Shown here in pieces: positions 38,955 through 53,947 of a DNA stretch of 64,000 nucleotides. Below the pieces are notes generated by a model. It had not been told where the DNA came from. It searched no databases and saw only the letters and a program-made list of their open reading frames with translations. A program made the translations under genes and the position numbers. Position 1 is the first letter of the stretch. Each line of letters starts with the position of its first letter. This DNA is from Chiloscyllium plagiosum (taxonomy: Eukaryota), in contig NC_057718.1 in NCBI RefSeq assembly GCF_004010195.1, positions 57,241,023 to 57,305,022 of the forward strand, written 5' to 3'.

Positions 38955-39480
38955 TGTCAGCTATATCTCAATTGGTAGCACGCTGACAAAACATGAAAAT
39001 CAAAGCTGATACTTCAGGTGGATTGGCAAGGCTAAATTGTGGGGATTTGGAGATATTTGGTTGGAGTGGGGAGGGGGGGGGGCAGTGCTCCTCAAAAGGT
39101 CAGTGACTTGATGGGCTGAATGGTCTCCGGCTGCACTGTAGCATTTTTTCATTCAATGACTGCAATACATTACTGAAGGAGTAATATACTATGAGATATG
39201 ATGCCTTTTCAATGAGAAGTTAAATAGAGGTCTGAAAATGTCCTTTCAAGTAACTACAAGATCCTGACATTACTGTGATGAATAGGTTAGTTATTCTGTG
39301 GCTTGGTAATACCCCTTTCACAAAACAGTGGACTGGTAATTATGACATTTGTTTGAGAAAGTCTGCTTGGTTCAAGTTGCTTTACAATAGTGACTATGCT
39401 TCAAAAGGTATTTTATTGATCATAAAGGGCTTTGAGAAGTCCAGTAGTCATGAAACACACTTTATAAATCTAAGTATTAC
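38955..39480 (+). mobile_element. SacSINE1/DeuSINE-like old SINE
   Basis: tRNA-like head CTCAATTGGTAGCAC and tail TTACAATAGTGACTATGCTTCAAAAGGTA...GGGCTTTGAGAAGTCC...TATAAAT resembling the recalled consensus. Confidence 0.55.
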
Positions 39481-40345
39481 TTTTGAGACTGGTCTTAATG
39501 TGACCAAGCTACATCGAAAATACTTCTGAAGCATGTATACAACTACATTTAAAAAGCAACAGAGTTACATTTAAAATGCAGCACAATTCGACATTTGGTC
39601 AATGACATAATTTAAGAGAATCTGATATCATCAACAGATATGCTGGTTACTTCTGCATGTACCAAAATAACTGTATAAGAACATAAAAGTCAGCAAACCT
39701 TTAGTACAGAGACATTTTGTGATTTGAAGTTACAGTCATATCAATACAGAAGCATGAAAAACTGAAGAACCACTAGTCACAGATAATGTAGTTAGCTCAG
39801 CTGGCTGGACAGCATGATTTGTGGCACAAAACAACAACAGCATGGGTTCTATTCCCACATTGACAGAGGTTACCATCAATGATTCTCCTTCTCAACCTGT
39901 TCCCCTTGCACAAGGCATGGTGATCATCAGGTTAAACCACCACCAGTCATCAATCTCTAAACAGAAAGCAGTCCAATGGTTCAATGGGGCTATGGTTTTA
40001 CTTTTTTTTAAAAAACAAAATGCAACAAAAGGCTGAAAAAATCAGATGCAATTATCACATCACAAAGTAAACCACCAACATTCAGCCTCATTTTATAAAA
40101 AGAGCTTGGGCTTCTGTCTTCTAAATTTTTGCAATGATATTGAAGTCTCAGACCAATTTTCCACACAAACAGTTTAACTTCTGGAAAGTTTTCAAAAGGC
40201 TAGGAACTCTTCAATGCAGTTTCTGCCCAGCATTTGACACATGACAAACACTAAGACATGAATGCACAAACTAGATAGCAAAATCTTATGAACAGAAGTG
40301 TGAACACATCCAAATATTACCACTTGTTTGTTAACAGAAGCACTT

Positions 40346-42808
40346 ATAGTCATCGCGTCATAGAGACGTACAGCACGGAAGACGACCTTTTGGTCCAACT
40401 CGCCTATGCCGACTAGATATTCCAACCCAATCTAGTCCCACCTACCAGCACCCAGCCCATATTCCTCCAAACCCTTCCTATTCATATTCCCAGATGCCTT
40501 TTAAATGCTGAAATTGTACTAGCCTCCACCACATCCTCTGGCAGCCCACTCCACACACGCATCACTCTCTGCATGAGAAAGTTGCCTCTTACGTCACTTT
40601 TATATCTTTCCTCCTCACCCTAAACCTATACCCTCTAGTTCTGGACTCCCCCACCCCAGGGAAAAGACCTTGCCTATTTACTCTAGCCACGCACCTCATG
40701 ATTTTATAAACCTCGATAAGGTCACCCCATAATCACGGACGCTCCAGGCAAAACAGCCCTAGCCTATTCAACTTCTCCCTGTAGTTCAATTCCTCCAACC
40801 CTGACAACATCTTTGGAAATCTTTTCTGAACCCTTTCAAATTTCACAACATTCTTCTGATAGGAAAGAGACCAGAATTGCATACAATATTCCAAAAGTGG
40901 TCTAACCAATGACCTGTACAGCCCCCACAACTCCTGTAGTCAATACTCTGACCAATAAAGGAATGCATACTAAACACCTTCTTCACTATCCTATCTACCT
41001 GTGACTCTACTTTCAAGGAGCTATGAACCTGCATTTCAAGGCCTCTTTGTTCAGCAACACTCCCTAGGACCTTATCATTAAGTGTACAAGTCCTGCTAAG
41101 ATTTGCTTTGCAATATGCAGCACCTCACATTTACCTAAATTAAACGCCATCTGGCACTCCTCAGCCCATTGGGTCATCTGATCAAGATCCCGTTGTAATC
41201 CCAGGTAACCTTCTTTGCTGTCCACTACACTTCCAATTTTGGTGTCATCTGCAAACTTACTAACTGTACCTCTTGTGCTCACATCCAAGTCATTTATATA
41301 AAATGACGGAAAGTAGTGGACCCAGGACCGATCCTTGTGGAATTCCAATGGTCACAGGCTTCCAGCCTGAAAAACAGCCCTCCACCACCACCCTCTGTCT
41401 TCTACCTTTGAGCTAGTTCTGTATCCAAATGGCTAGTTTTTAGTTTAGCTTAGATTCCCTACAGTGTGGAAACAGTCGAACAAGTCCACACCGACCGTCC
41501 GAAGCGCATCCCACCCAAAGCCATTTACCCCTGACTAATGCACCTAACACAGAGCATGGCCAATTCACCCAACCTGCACGTCTTTGGACTGTGGTAGGAA
41601 ACCGGAGCACCCGGAGAAACCCACGCAGACACGGGGAGAATGTACAAACTCCACACAGACAGTTTCTTGAGATGGGAATTGAACCATGGTCCCTGGCGCA
41701 GTCAGGCAGCAGTGCTAACCATTGAGCCACCGTGCCACCCTACAGTTCTCCCTGTATTCCATGTGATCTAACTTTGCTAATCAGTGTCCCATGGGGAACC
41801 TTGTTGAACGCCTTACGAAGTCTGTATAGATCACATCTACCGCTCTGGCTCTTTGTTACTTCTTCAAAAAACTCAATCAAGTTTGTGAGACATGACCTCC
41901 CATGCACAAGGCCATGTTGACTATCCCTAATCAGTCCTTGCCTTTCGAAATACATGTACTTTCTCTCCATCAGGATTCCCTCCAACAACTTGCCCACCAC
42001 CGATGTCAGGCTCACTGTTCTGTAGTTCCCCGGCTTGTCCTTACCACCTTTCTTAAATAGTGGCACATTAGCCAACCTCCAGTCTTCTGGCAACTCATCG
42101 GTGACTATCGATGATACAAATATCTCAGCAAGGGGCCCAGCAATCCCTTCTCACAGAGTTCTAAGATTCACCTGATCAGATCCTGGGGATTTATTCATCT
42201 TTATGTGTTTCAAGATATCCAGCACTTCCTCCTCTGAAATATGGATATTTTTCTGTCACCATCTATTTCCCTACATTCTATATCTTCCATGTCCTTTTCC
42301 ACAGTAAACTGATGCAAAATATTTGTTTGATATGTCTGCCATTGCCTGCGGCTCCACACAAAGGTCGCCTTGCTGATCTTTGAGAGGCCCTATTCTCTCC
42401 CTAGTTACCCTTTTGTCCTTAACGTATTTGTAAAAATCCTTTGGATTCTCCTTAACTCTATTTGCCAAAGCTAACTCATGTCCCCTTTTTGCCCTCCTGA
42501 TTTCCCTCTTAAGTATACTCCTACTGCCTTTATACTCTGAGGATTCACTTGATCTATCCTGTCTATACCTGACATATGCTTCTTTCTTTTTCTTAACCCA
42601 ACCCTCAATTTCTTTAGTCATCCATCATTGTCTATACCTAATGGCCTTTCCTTTCACCCTAACAGCAATATACTGTCTCTGCACTCTCGTTATCTCATTT
42701 CTGAAGGTTTCCCATTTTCCAGCTGTCCTTTTACCTGTGAACATCTGCCCCAATCAGCTTTTGAAAGTTCTTGCCTAATACCGTCAAAACTAGCATTTCT
42801 CCAATTTA
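40346..42808 (-). mobile_element. CR1 LINE ORF2 (5' truncated) with nested HE1 SINE
   Basis: PEDWRLANVPLFKKGGKDKPGNYRTVSLTS, KFADDTKIG, LYRSLVRPLLEYCMQFWS and CR1 tail. Confidence 0.9.
41440..41740 (-). mobile_element. HE1-type SINE inserted in CR1
   Basis: GGGTGGCACGGTGGCTCAATGGTTAGCACTGCTGCC head; CR1 sequence resumes on both sides. Confidence 0.85.
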
Positions 42809-42879
42809 GCTTGCACCTGACAATATAATTTAAGAGTAGATATTTTTCACAATGCCAATGAATCATGTACAAGTATTCA

Positions 42880-44310
42880 AAGTTTGTGAGAAGATTTGTA
42901 GCTCGGATGCTCGTTGTTGTAGTTCTGTTCACCGAGCTGGGAATTTGTGTTGCTGACGTTTTGTCCCCTGTCTAGATGACATCCTCAGTGCTTGGGAGCC
43001 TCCTATGAAGCGCTTCTGTGATGTTTCCTCCGGCATTTATAGTGTTTTGTCTCTGCCGCTTCCAGATGTCAGTTCCAGCTGTCCGCTGCAGTGGCCGGTA
43101 TACTGGGTCTAGGTCGATGTGTTTGTTGATAGAATCTGTGGATGAGTGCCATGCCTCTAGGAATTCCCTGGCTGTTCTCTGTTTGGCTTGTCCTATAATA
43201 GTAGTGTTGTCCCAGTTGAACTCATGTTGCTTGTCATCTACGTGTGTGGCTACTAAGGATAGCTGGTCGTGTCGTTTCGTGGCTAGTTGGTGTTCCTGGA
43301 TACGGATCATTAGCTGTCTTCCTGTTTGTCCTATGTAGTGTTTTGTGCAGTCCTTGTATGGGATTTTGTACACTATGTTGGTTTTGCTCATGCTGGGTAT
43401 CGGGTCCTTTGTCCTGGTGAGATGTTGTCTGAGAGTGGCTGTTGGTTTGTGTGCTGTTATGAGTCCTAGTGGTTGTAGTAGTCTGGCTGTCAGTTTAGAA
43501 ATGTTCTTGATGTATGGTAACGTGGCTAGTCCTTTGGGTTGTGGCATGTCCTCATTCCGTGGTCTTTCCCTCAGGCATCTGTTGATGAAATTGCAGGGGC
43601 ATCTGTTTTTGGCAAATACATTGTAGAGGTGTTCTTCTTCCTCTTTTTGCAGTTCTGGTGTGCTGCAGTGTGTTGTGGCCCTTTTGAACAGTGTCTTGAT
43701 GCAACTTCTTATGTGTGTGTTGGAGTGGTTGCTTTCGTAGTTCAGGACTTGGTCTGTGTGTGTGGCTTTCCTGTATACATTTGTGGCGAATTATCCGTTC
43801 GGTGTTCTCTGTACCATCACGTCCAGGAATGGGAGTTGGTTGTCCTTTTCTTCCTCTCTAGTGAATCTGATTCTTGTGAGTGTGACGTTGATGATCAGGT
43901 GTGTTTTCTATTTCTGTGTTTTTAATTATTACAAAGTGTCATCTACATAACTGACCCAGAGTTTGGGTTGAATTTGCAGTAAGACTGTTTGTATCTTTGC
44001 ATTACAGCTTCTGCTATGAGTCCAGAGATGGGTGAGCCGATGGGTGTGCCGTTGATTTGTTCATATATTTGGTTGTTGAATGTGAAGTGTGTTGTGAGGC
44101 ACAGGTCCAGTAGTTTGAGTATGCAGTCTTTGTTGATAGGTTCCCCGTCTTGTTGTCTGTTCTGTACGTCCAGTAGGTTGGCTATTGTTTCTCTGGCTAG
44201 GGTTTTGTCGATAGAAGTGAACCGTGCCGTTACATCGAATGAGACCAACGTAGTGTACAAAATCCCATGCAAGGACTGCACAAAACACTACATAGGACAA
44301 CAGGAAGACA
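42880..44310 (-). mobile_element. Penelope-like retroelement: RT C-terminal half, GIY-YIG endonuclease and terminal repeat
   Basis: LVSFDVTARFTSI, YEQINGTPIGSPISGLIAEAVMQ (PLE RT); NIVYKIPYKDCTKHYIGQTGRQLMIRIQEH (GIY-YIG); degenerate hammerhead at 42952-42991. Confidence 0.92.
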
Positions 44311-44501
44311 TTCTGACCAGATATTCCTAACCCCATAAAATACCATGGGTGACTTTCACTTACATAAAAAGTGCAGTGAAGGTAACATACACAGACAAAT
44401 GATAAATCATTTAACACCCCAAAAGAAAGTCAACAGTTTAGTGTAGTTACAGCTGTACTGTGAAACAGAATTAGTTTATTTCCAAATGGACAAATACTTA
44501 C

Positions 44502-44618
44502 ATCATCACTCTGCTGAGCTTCCTGCATTACAAACTCACGTACCATTGATGGACTATATTCTACTAGATAAGAGAATATGTCTGTAGCTGCAGTTCGCAC
44601 CTGTGCATCATCCATGCC
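44502..44618 (-). CDS. PPP4R3B: PPP4R3B coding exon, 117 bp
   Basis: [39 protein letters not shown]; tttacag acceptor, gtaagt donor. Confidence 0.95.
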
Positions 44619-45038
44619 CTGTAAAGTAGCAAGATAAATGCACTATTTAATTGAAAATTACAATTACATACCAAGCAGTTAAAAATAGGGCATTCTTACA
44701 ACGAAGTAAACTAATTGCAGAAATGAACTGAAAATACGAAGTGACCTATTCAACAGAAATTACTATTCTTATAACACAATTTACCAAAGAAGCATTTCAA
44801 AGTTAGCAACATACCCACCCCAATAAAAAAAGTGCACCATCCCAACTATACATTGCCATACATGATTCAAGAGCTAAGATACAGCTGCTGTAGCATTTGC
44901 AACACATTAATGTATAATTTCCACCCCCATGACAACAGTGGAAGGTCAAACATTTCCACTATTAGAAGTGAAAAGATGTGACAAATAAAAAAGAACAATT
45001 CAACTACAGCTTCTCACTACCACTATACAAAAGAATAA

Positions 45039-46200
45039 AGTCATACAGATGTACAGCACGGAAACAGACGCTTCAGTCCAACTTGTCCATGCCGACCAGA
45101 TATCCTAACCTAATCTAGTCTCATTTGTCAGCATTTGGTCCATATCCCTCTTAAACCCTTCCTATTCATATACCCATCCAGATGCCTTTTAAATGCTGTA
45201 ATTATATCAGCCTCCACCACTCCCTCTGGCAGCTCATTCCATACACGCATCACCCTCTGTGTGAAAAATTTGCCCCTTAGATCCCTCTCACCCTAAACCT
45301 ATACCCTCTAGTTCTGGACTCCCCCACCCCATGGAAAAGGACCTCACCCTCTTTACCCTATCCATGCTGCTCATGATTTTATAAAACCTCTAGGTCACCC
45401 CTCAGCCCATGACACTCCAGGGAAATAGGCCCAGCCTATTCAACCTCTTTGCATAGCTCAAATCCTCCAACCCTAGTAACAACCTTAAATCTTTTCTGAA
45501 CCCTTTCAGGTTTCACAACATCCTTCCAGTAGAAGGGTGACCAGAATTCCACACAATATTCCAAAAGTGGCCTAACCATTGTCCTACACAGCCGCAACAT
45601 GACCTCCCAACTCCTTTACTCAATGCTCTGACCAATAAAGGAAGGCATACTGAATGCCTTCTTGACTATCGTATCTCCCTGAGACTCCACTTTCAACCAA
45701 CTATGAACATGCACTCCAAGGTTTCTTTGTGCAGCAACACTCCCCAAGACCTTCCCAGTGTATAAATCCTGCTCTGATTTGCCTTTCCAAAATACAGCAC
45801 CTCACATTGTTCTAAGTTAAATGCCACCTGCCACTCCTCTGCCCAGTGGCACATCTGATCAAGATCCCACTGCACTCAGGTAACCTTCTTTGCTGTCCAC
45901 TGCACCTCTAATTTTGGTGTCATCTGCAAAGTTACTAACTATACCTATGTTCACATCCAAATTATTTATACAAATGATGAAAATCAGTGGGCCCAGCACC
46001 GATCCTTGTGGCACACCACTGATCACAAGCCTCCAGTCTGAAAGACAACCCTCCACAACCACCTTCTGTTTTCTATCTTCGAGGCAGTTCAGTATCCAGA
46101 TTGCTTAATCTCCCCGTTTTTCATGAGATCTGACCTTACTAACCAGTCTACCATGAGGAACTTGGTTGAATACCTTACTGAAATCCATACATATAGATAG
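45039..46200 (-). mobile_element. CR1 LINE 3' portion
   Basis: SGVPQGSVLGP, NFADDTKI and CR1 tail. Confidence 0.88.
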
Positions 46201-47789
46201 AGCTCCAGATATAGATTCTCTAAATGGTTCCAAACCCTGGATGAAGTGACAGGAGAGAATATATAACTCAAAGGACCTGCATAACCTAATGATCCTGAAG
46301 TAAAAATATTTTTAATTGCTTACAATTTTAAAAGGAAAGGCAGATTTTCAATTCCATATTGACAGATGTTAACAGTTACTCAATTCTGCTCATTTGCCAA
46401 AAGGCTTTTCAGGACTTCTTAATCAACTGATCTCCTCGAACAGATGAGTAGCACTTCCACTTTCACCATTTGTTCTTCTGAATGTTACTGCAGAAAATGT
46501 AATGCATTTTGCAGCAAAACACATCAACTCACTGACATAAATCAAGCAGTGCAACATCAATGTTAGACTATCCTAATTTGCTACTTTAACTTTAATACAC
46601 TGTTCTTAACAAACATGCTATCCAGCTTTTCAAGAAATTTGTTAAGCACTGAGCTTTTCTGGATTTAATATATACACATTATAGAAAGAGGGATCCAAAA
46701 ATAGAATCAATATCCCATTAGTTTTAAATTTGTCAAGGTGCTTCACAGTTCTTGATGCAGTTATTGATCAATCCATTAATGAACACCAGTAGGAATACTT
46801 TTTAAACTTCTGAACTCAAATTTCAAGTGTAAAACCACGATGTACAGAAAAACAGATAATCTTCACAGTGATGAGCATCCTTGAACATATGCCCCAGAGC
46901 TTATTGGCTACATGATCCAGGACTGGCACGGCACATCCAGGCTGCCATTACCTCTGCTAAAATGTTAAGGAAATCACACAAAAGAATCGAGTGCCATCCA
47001 GTACCTCTGCCAAAAATGCATAAATATTGAACAAATTTGTACCACAAAGCACAAAACTATTACTGAGTACAATAATGTTGAAAATAATTGATTATTTTTG
47101 AAGAAATGTTAACAAGGTTTGACATAACAAAAGTTTGTAATAGCATACATCCAAATGTTCAAAAGTCTGTAGACCAACCACATCAAATGCGACAGTTCGA
47201 ACATAAGTATACAATGTACAAAATATACTTGAGAAATAAAGTTGACTCAGTAAGAACACAAACATTTAATGCTTCAAAACAATTGTTAAGGGAAATGGGT
47301 GACAAAGTTTGCACAATCTCACACAGAAGTGCTCATAATTTAGCAAACTGGTGATCTTGCTTAAAAGCCCCAACAATGACTGGAATAGAAACAAGTAATG
47401 CAAAAGTGCAACGTGGCATTTCTTGCTAAAACACACTGTTAGGATGAGGCAAAAAAACTGATCTGACCAGTATTGATGCAATAAAGCTTTAAGAGTAGCG
47501 TTCCAGCAGCTAGATGTATAGCAGTTAGATAGAGCCCCCATTAATTGTGTGCGAACTAAGAGCAGAGATCCATGCTAAATGCAAAAAGATGTACAATGCA
47601 TAAACTAATTTGTCCTCTGCCATATCTATTGATCTCACCAAAACTCACGATACTAAGTTTCCCAAACTTCCATCGCAATGATACAACTCCATCCTGAAGA
47701 TCACTTACTGATGACAAAATTGTATTTCCTTCCTCTCAAAATAAACAAACTTTTGGAATCACCTAACCACTTCTATAACAAAATAATGA

Positions 47790-48580
47790 GCTGTGGTTGC
47801 TGGAGATCTGAAACAAAACCTGCTGGTGAAACTCACCAGGTACAGCAGTATCTGTGATAAGAAAGCAGTGTTCACACCGAGTCCAGTGATGCTACCAGGC
47901 AAAGATCTCAGAGAGTCTCTCTCCCACTGCAATCTCCTGGTCATTGCATCCATCTTGTCACCCTTCCCACTGACAAATCACAATCTGCATCCACCCATCA
48001 TCCCACTTATCTTTCCCCCCATCTCTCCACCCTACCTGTATTTATTTCTCAGCCCCCTTCACAACCCTGGTGAAAGGTCCCAACCTGAAATGCCAACTCT
48101 ACTGCTCCTCTAATGCTGCTTGACCTGCTGTCCAACTCTACCCTTTATCTAATCTGACTTTCCACAATCTGCAGTCCTCGCTACTTCCAAGTTGCTGAAA
48201 ACCTTACTGGGAAGCCTCTGCAAAGGATGCCCACTTTGAAGAAGTTTTTGCCCTCCCACTGCAAAGATCTCAGTGGGTCTCTCTCTCCCACTGCAACCTC
48301 AATGGTCATTTCCTCGGTCCTGCTACCCTTCCCACTGACCAATCACAATCATCTCCTACCAGCATCCATCTATTGCCATCCCACCTATCTTTCCTGCAGC
48401 CCTAGTAACCCCCCCACCGCCATTTCTCAGCCCCCTTCCCCCTCTCCAATCCAGGACCAGACACTCCTGCACCTCTGATGTTGCTTGACCTGCTGTGCTT
48501 TTATCAGCTCCACAATTTATCAACGGTGATGCAACCAGACCTGTTGAGCTTTTCCAGCAATTTCTGTTTTTGTATCTGAC
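47790..48580. mobile_element. Old PLE terminal/5' fragments in tandem
   Basis: Similar to 62400-62680 (ATCTGCAGTCCTC, AAGGATGCCCACTTTGAAGAAG) with GCTGCTTGACCTGCTG repeats. Confidence 0.55.
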
Positions 48581-49499
48581 CATTTCTTCCTGCTCTACTT
48601 TATGTATTTTTAATTAGCATTATCTCATAGGCCATTGCTGAATCTAATCTACTTCACGTGGGATAACTACTTTTAATATTTTTAAGAAGTTGTGCAGATT
48701 CAATGTCTAAGTCTGCTTCCATGTACTGAAAATGTGCACAAAGCTTAATTAACCTTTCCTTTGAGTATTGTCTAGCAATTTGGTCTTTTAATACGACTTG
48801 TTAAACTTATGTACAAATTATAACTTTGATTGAAAACAACTGATGCAACTTACTGGCAAAGCCCAACCAAATGCAGATACTGCAACCTGATTCATGTATG
48901 GACCCAAGCATCATGTCAAACAAATTACCCTGTCAGTTGCTGAAAAATCTCTAAACTCTGAGGCGAACACAATGCAAAAAAACTGAAGAGAAATAATTAA
49001 TTGATATCAACTAATTGTTCCTGGCTGAAAGACAAAAAGAATACAACACAGGAATACTTCATGTGAGTGCTGAAATGGCTTAGTAGATGGCTTACATGCA
49101 AACTACCAGAAGATCAAGGCAGCTATGATCTATTCTTTGATCTTTGTAGTTAACCAAAAACTGCAATACTTCAGGGCTTCAGCTCCTCATTTACAAGTAA
49201 TTTTGGAATTAAGTAAATTGCTGGTCTAAAGAATGAAAAGTACAATGGAAAATAATGAATAATACCACTCCCTATGAAGCTCTAAAATTATTTGTGCACC
49301 ATAATGCTGGTGATCATTTTGGAGGCCCAAAATCTCACTCCAGTTTAAAAAAAAGCATTAAATCACCTAGTTTCTTTCTAGAAAACTGAAGGCAAACACC
49401 TGCAGAAATGAGGAGCAAACTTGAGGGGCTCACCAATCAAAGATCAAACCTCAGCAAGTAACTAGCAAAATAGTAAGTGTCCCTTTGAAACTGCTCTGC

Positions 49500-50450
49500 C
49501 ATTCAAAAAGATCATTTTATTTGGTTATGATTAGGGATCCACCTTTTTGACTGCACACCATAACTCTCAACTCACTCGTGTATTAAAAATTTAACTCAGC
49601 CTTGAATAATTTAATGGCCCAGTTTCCACAACCTTCTGAGGAAGAGAATTTCACATGCTAAACTCCCTCAGAAAAAAACCTCATGTGTCCCTATGGGAGA
49701 TCTCACACTTCAAATATGCACCCTCATTTGAGTCTCTTCCATGAAAAAAGGAGATACCCTAACAAGTTCCCTCTGGATCTATTAGTTCAAAATCACTTTT
49801 CATTCTTCTACTCTTCAATGGGTATAGACCTAAACTTACTCAATCTTTTCTCATAAGATAAACGCATCACCCCAGAAATGAGGGCAGTGAACCTTTTCTG
49901 AATTTGTACAGCAATTATCTTTTTCTCAAATGAGACCAAAATTGCTACAGAGCTCCAAATATGGTTTCACCATTTCTCTGCACAGCTGCAGTAAAGCTTC
50001 CCTGTTTGTATATCCCAGTCTCTTTGCAATAAACTTCTTAGTGTACTTGCATAGTAACTTTGTGATTCCTGTACAAGAACATCAATATCCCTTTGCACAA
50101 AGATATGTAATCTCTCCCATTTTAAAATACTACACTGTTTTTCAATTCCATGTGCCAAAATGGACAAGTTCACACATACCTACATTGTACTCCATGTTCC
50201 AAACATTTGCCCACTCATTTAACCCATCTGTATCATTTTGCAGACACTATCTCCGCTTAACAACTTGAGTTTAGAATTGTGTTTCTTTACCAAATTTACA
50301 TACCCTATATGTGGTTCCCTCATCCAAATCATTAATAGATTGTTGTGAGCACCCTGAATAATCCCTGTGCAACTCCTCTCAATACAGGTTGCCAATCTGA
50401 AATAGACATATATCTTTATTCTTTGCTTCCTGTGATCTAACCAATCATTC
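49500..50450 (-). mobile_element. Old CR1-like LINE fragment
   Basis: Decayed similarity to CR1 RT and 3' region. Confidence 0.5.
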
Positions 50451-50832
50451 ATCTGAAAAGAACCATGTGAAGTTGTATGAACACAAATTGCCTTTTCCAC
50501 ATTCAAATCAAGGACCACAATTACGTTTTGTGATAGTCAAGGATCAGATAGCAAGATATTCAATCCTAATTTCTAAGAAGAAAGAGGCAAGCATCTTCGC
50601 CTCTTTCTTCTTAGGGAACACCAATGTTCTTATCAATATGGGCACCACCAAAAGTCACATATTGAGGGGAATCAAGGCTTATATACTGCTGAGCAGTCAA
50701 AATTGCCCAGTGATTTTTTTTTGATAAAATAACACCTGAACAATGAGGGGAGTAGAGGTTCAATTCTGAGAAAGACAACAAATAACTGCATGGATACTTC
50801 CTTTTCTCCATGTTTTAATGAAGTGATCACTA

Positions 50833-51036
<204 letters not shown>

Positions 51037-51052
51037 TCAACAGTTAACTTAC

Positions 51053-51130
51053 TAATTCACGCCTTTTGTCATCATCCGTTGCTTCATCTGTTAACTGTGC
51101 AAAGAGTTCAGTCAAAAATTTCTCATCTTC
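51053..51130 (-). CDS. PPP4R3B: PPP4R3B coding exon, 78 bp
   Basis: [26 protein letters not shown]; ttttacag acceptor, gtaagt donor. Confidence 0.95.
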
Positions 51131-53947
51131 CTGTAAAAAAATAAGTTTCAGTATTTCAATTTTACCAGTTGTAGCTAGCATAAAAGTCTATATATTTGAA
51201 TAACTTGTGAATTTACAGTTTAAACACAACAGGTCAATTATTTGAGCTCCCCAACAAATGTGAAGTAACTTTTAAGAACGTTGTATCTTTTAGTTTTTTT
51301 TAATATCAACATTTTTCAACACACCCGAAAAAGAAATTAGATTATTCTCAGGTATGTCAAGGGAAGACCTCAGGAAATGTGGAAGAGTAATTTGGTTATC
51401 CATGACCATAAATCTCAGGTACAGAAAGTAATCAAACGGCAAATGGAACACAAGGGTTGAAACACCAAAGGGAGCAATGTTTCAGTTGTACAGAACTTTC
51501 ATTACAGCCCACTTAGAGTAATGAACTCAGTTTTGGATGCTGCAACTCAAGAAAAATATATTAGCGTTAAAATGACAAAGCATATTTAAGGAACAAACAC
51601 TACACATATTTTAGGGATTCATTTTTCTATTCATTCCATCCTGGTTACAGTCAATAACTAAAATTTTCATGACATCATTTTCTTATTCCAAAAATCCTGG
51701 ATTTGTCAGTAGCTTTCTGTCCAATTAAGGTTCTAGCACCACACTAATGTAACAATTTTTTGTTTATCTTTCATTTCTAGCCATATCACCACTGTCACAT
51801 ATTCTCAACAGCAAGCATACCATCTTTACTAATCCAGTCATTTTCGGGTGCTTAATGATCCTTTTACTTGTCTAACTTGTTTCCCTTCCATCCTGATCAC
51901 TGCAGTACACACACTCCACCTTTTTTCCCTGTATTTAACACTTTCTTGAGCATTTTTGCTCGACTTGTGTTGCCTTCTCCACTGTCCTTATTCCTAATGC
52001 ACCCTGTCTTTACTTATTAAGCTCAACTATTTCAACCTTCCTACTTTGTTTTAATTTTTCCAATTTTCCTTCCAAACTGGAATTAGTTTGTTTTCCTACT
52101 CCTCACTTGGGCATTGCATTTTGTAGAATACCTCCCACCTTTCCAGATTTGATGCTAATTCCCCATGAAATTGTAATTTTCTTTCTAATATTATTTACTA
52201 TTGTTGATCTGACAATATGCAGCTGGAGGAGTATCCAGAATTTATCTTCTTTCGATTCATATTCAAACCTAAAATCATTTTTATGGACTTGGGCCATTTC
52301 TTTACTATTTTTGGCATTCATATGGATAGGATGGCTGACTTGCTTTCCTCCACGTTTTTCAGTCTTTCCAACATATCACATACTTTAACAGATATGTGTG
52401 CGCGTTTGGAAAAGAATAACTTACTGTATCAATGGATAGCAGAGGTATCCGTAAAAAAGTAATTGTACATGCAACATGAAGTACAACCACCAATAACTGG
52501 GAAGTAGGGAGTGGTACATTTTCCTTCGGTTGATACAAATTTGGAGCGAAATGACTTACTTCTCCGATATAAACGTCATGACTAACTTATTTATCCACCT
52601 GCAGGCAGCCCATCCACTTCTCAGTAAACCACAAATACAATGGTCACTGATCTAAAAATTGATATTTGCAGGCCATCATTTAGATCTTAATAGTCTGAAG
52701 ATACGTTAGTTACCACTCTTCTGACTTCAAATCATCTTTTCAGTTAGACTGTTGCACTCTTTTATAGTTTGCATTAATTTAATCCAAAAGCAACCTTAGA
52801 CGCATTTAAAAATTATATTCCGATAAACATGGTATTTCCATCAAAACAAAATCAGGAGTTTTGCTCAATTTCTCAGATGTAATTTAGCTGTCACAAATTC
52901 ATGAAGATTGTCCTTAATTAACCAGTATTTCTAGCCTGGATTCTATGTGGCAGAAGCTTACCCAAAGTTAAAATCAGACAATACAAACCCCTTGACATTC
53001 TGACAAAATTTACATATGAAAGAAGATCTGAAGATTGTTAGAACCTCTTGATATTTGATCTCCCAGTTTTGCCAGCATTGATGGAACAGGGTGCCATCAA
53101 TTATATTAATTTTTCTTCAACACTACTGCCATATCGAGATATCAAATTGGCCATTTCCTTCTCTTATGTCCATTTATTTGTACATTCTGGAAACTTAGGT
53201 AAAATGATAATTTAATATTACTTCTATTTAATGTTCATCTTTATTTGACCTTGTTCATAGATTATGCATAAAATTATTTTTGCCTAGGTTTCTCAGAAGT
53301 ATTTTTAAAATTGTGTGTATACCTCATCATGTCTTGCTTACATATCTCATTATTTGTACTCTTATTTACCGATTTTTCTCGACTGGTGCACTTTTTAATC
53401 TGTTGAGGCCTTTTTCCTTATTGAGAACATTTAGGCCGAACAGAACACTCCTAAATAACTGCCGTGATCATTCTCCAAATGTTCACCAGCTATATTAGTT
53501 AATCTTTCCACTCCCTCAATCAAGATTAGATTCAATATGGTTTTTGCCTATACATTTCAACATTTTCTAAATACAAATATCTGAAAGGGGAATGTACTGG
53601 GAATGTGGGAGAGGGCAAGTGAGTGACAATTACGTGAATTGCTCCTCAGGAGAGCAAGGAATCAATGGACTAAACAGCCTTTCTTTATGCTGTATTGACT
53701 ACTGAACTAAAGATAAGAACAATTTAGAAAAATACACCAAGTGGGATTTTATGCTGAACTGGATAAGTCCAAGAATTTAAGGAGATTGAAAATAATAAGA
53801 GGCAGACTATATGGCTTCTTAGGAGTGCTTTGTCATTCATGATGATCATGGTTGGTATTCTATTTCAATTCTCCACTCTTGCTCTACATGAACATAATGT
53901 AGCATCCACAATCCTCTGGCACAGAGAATTTCAAAGTTTCACAACCA

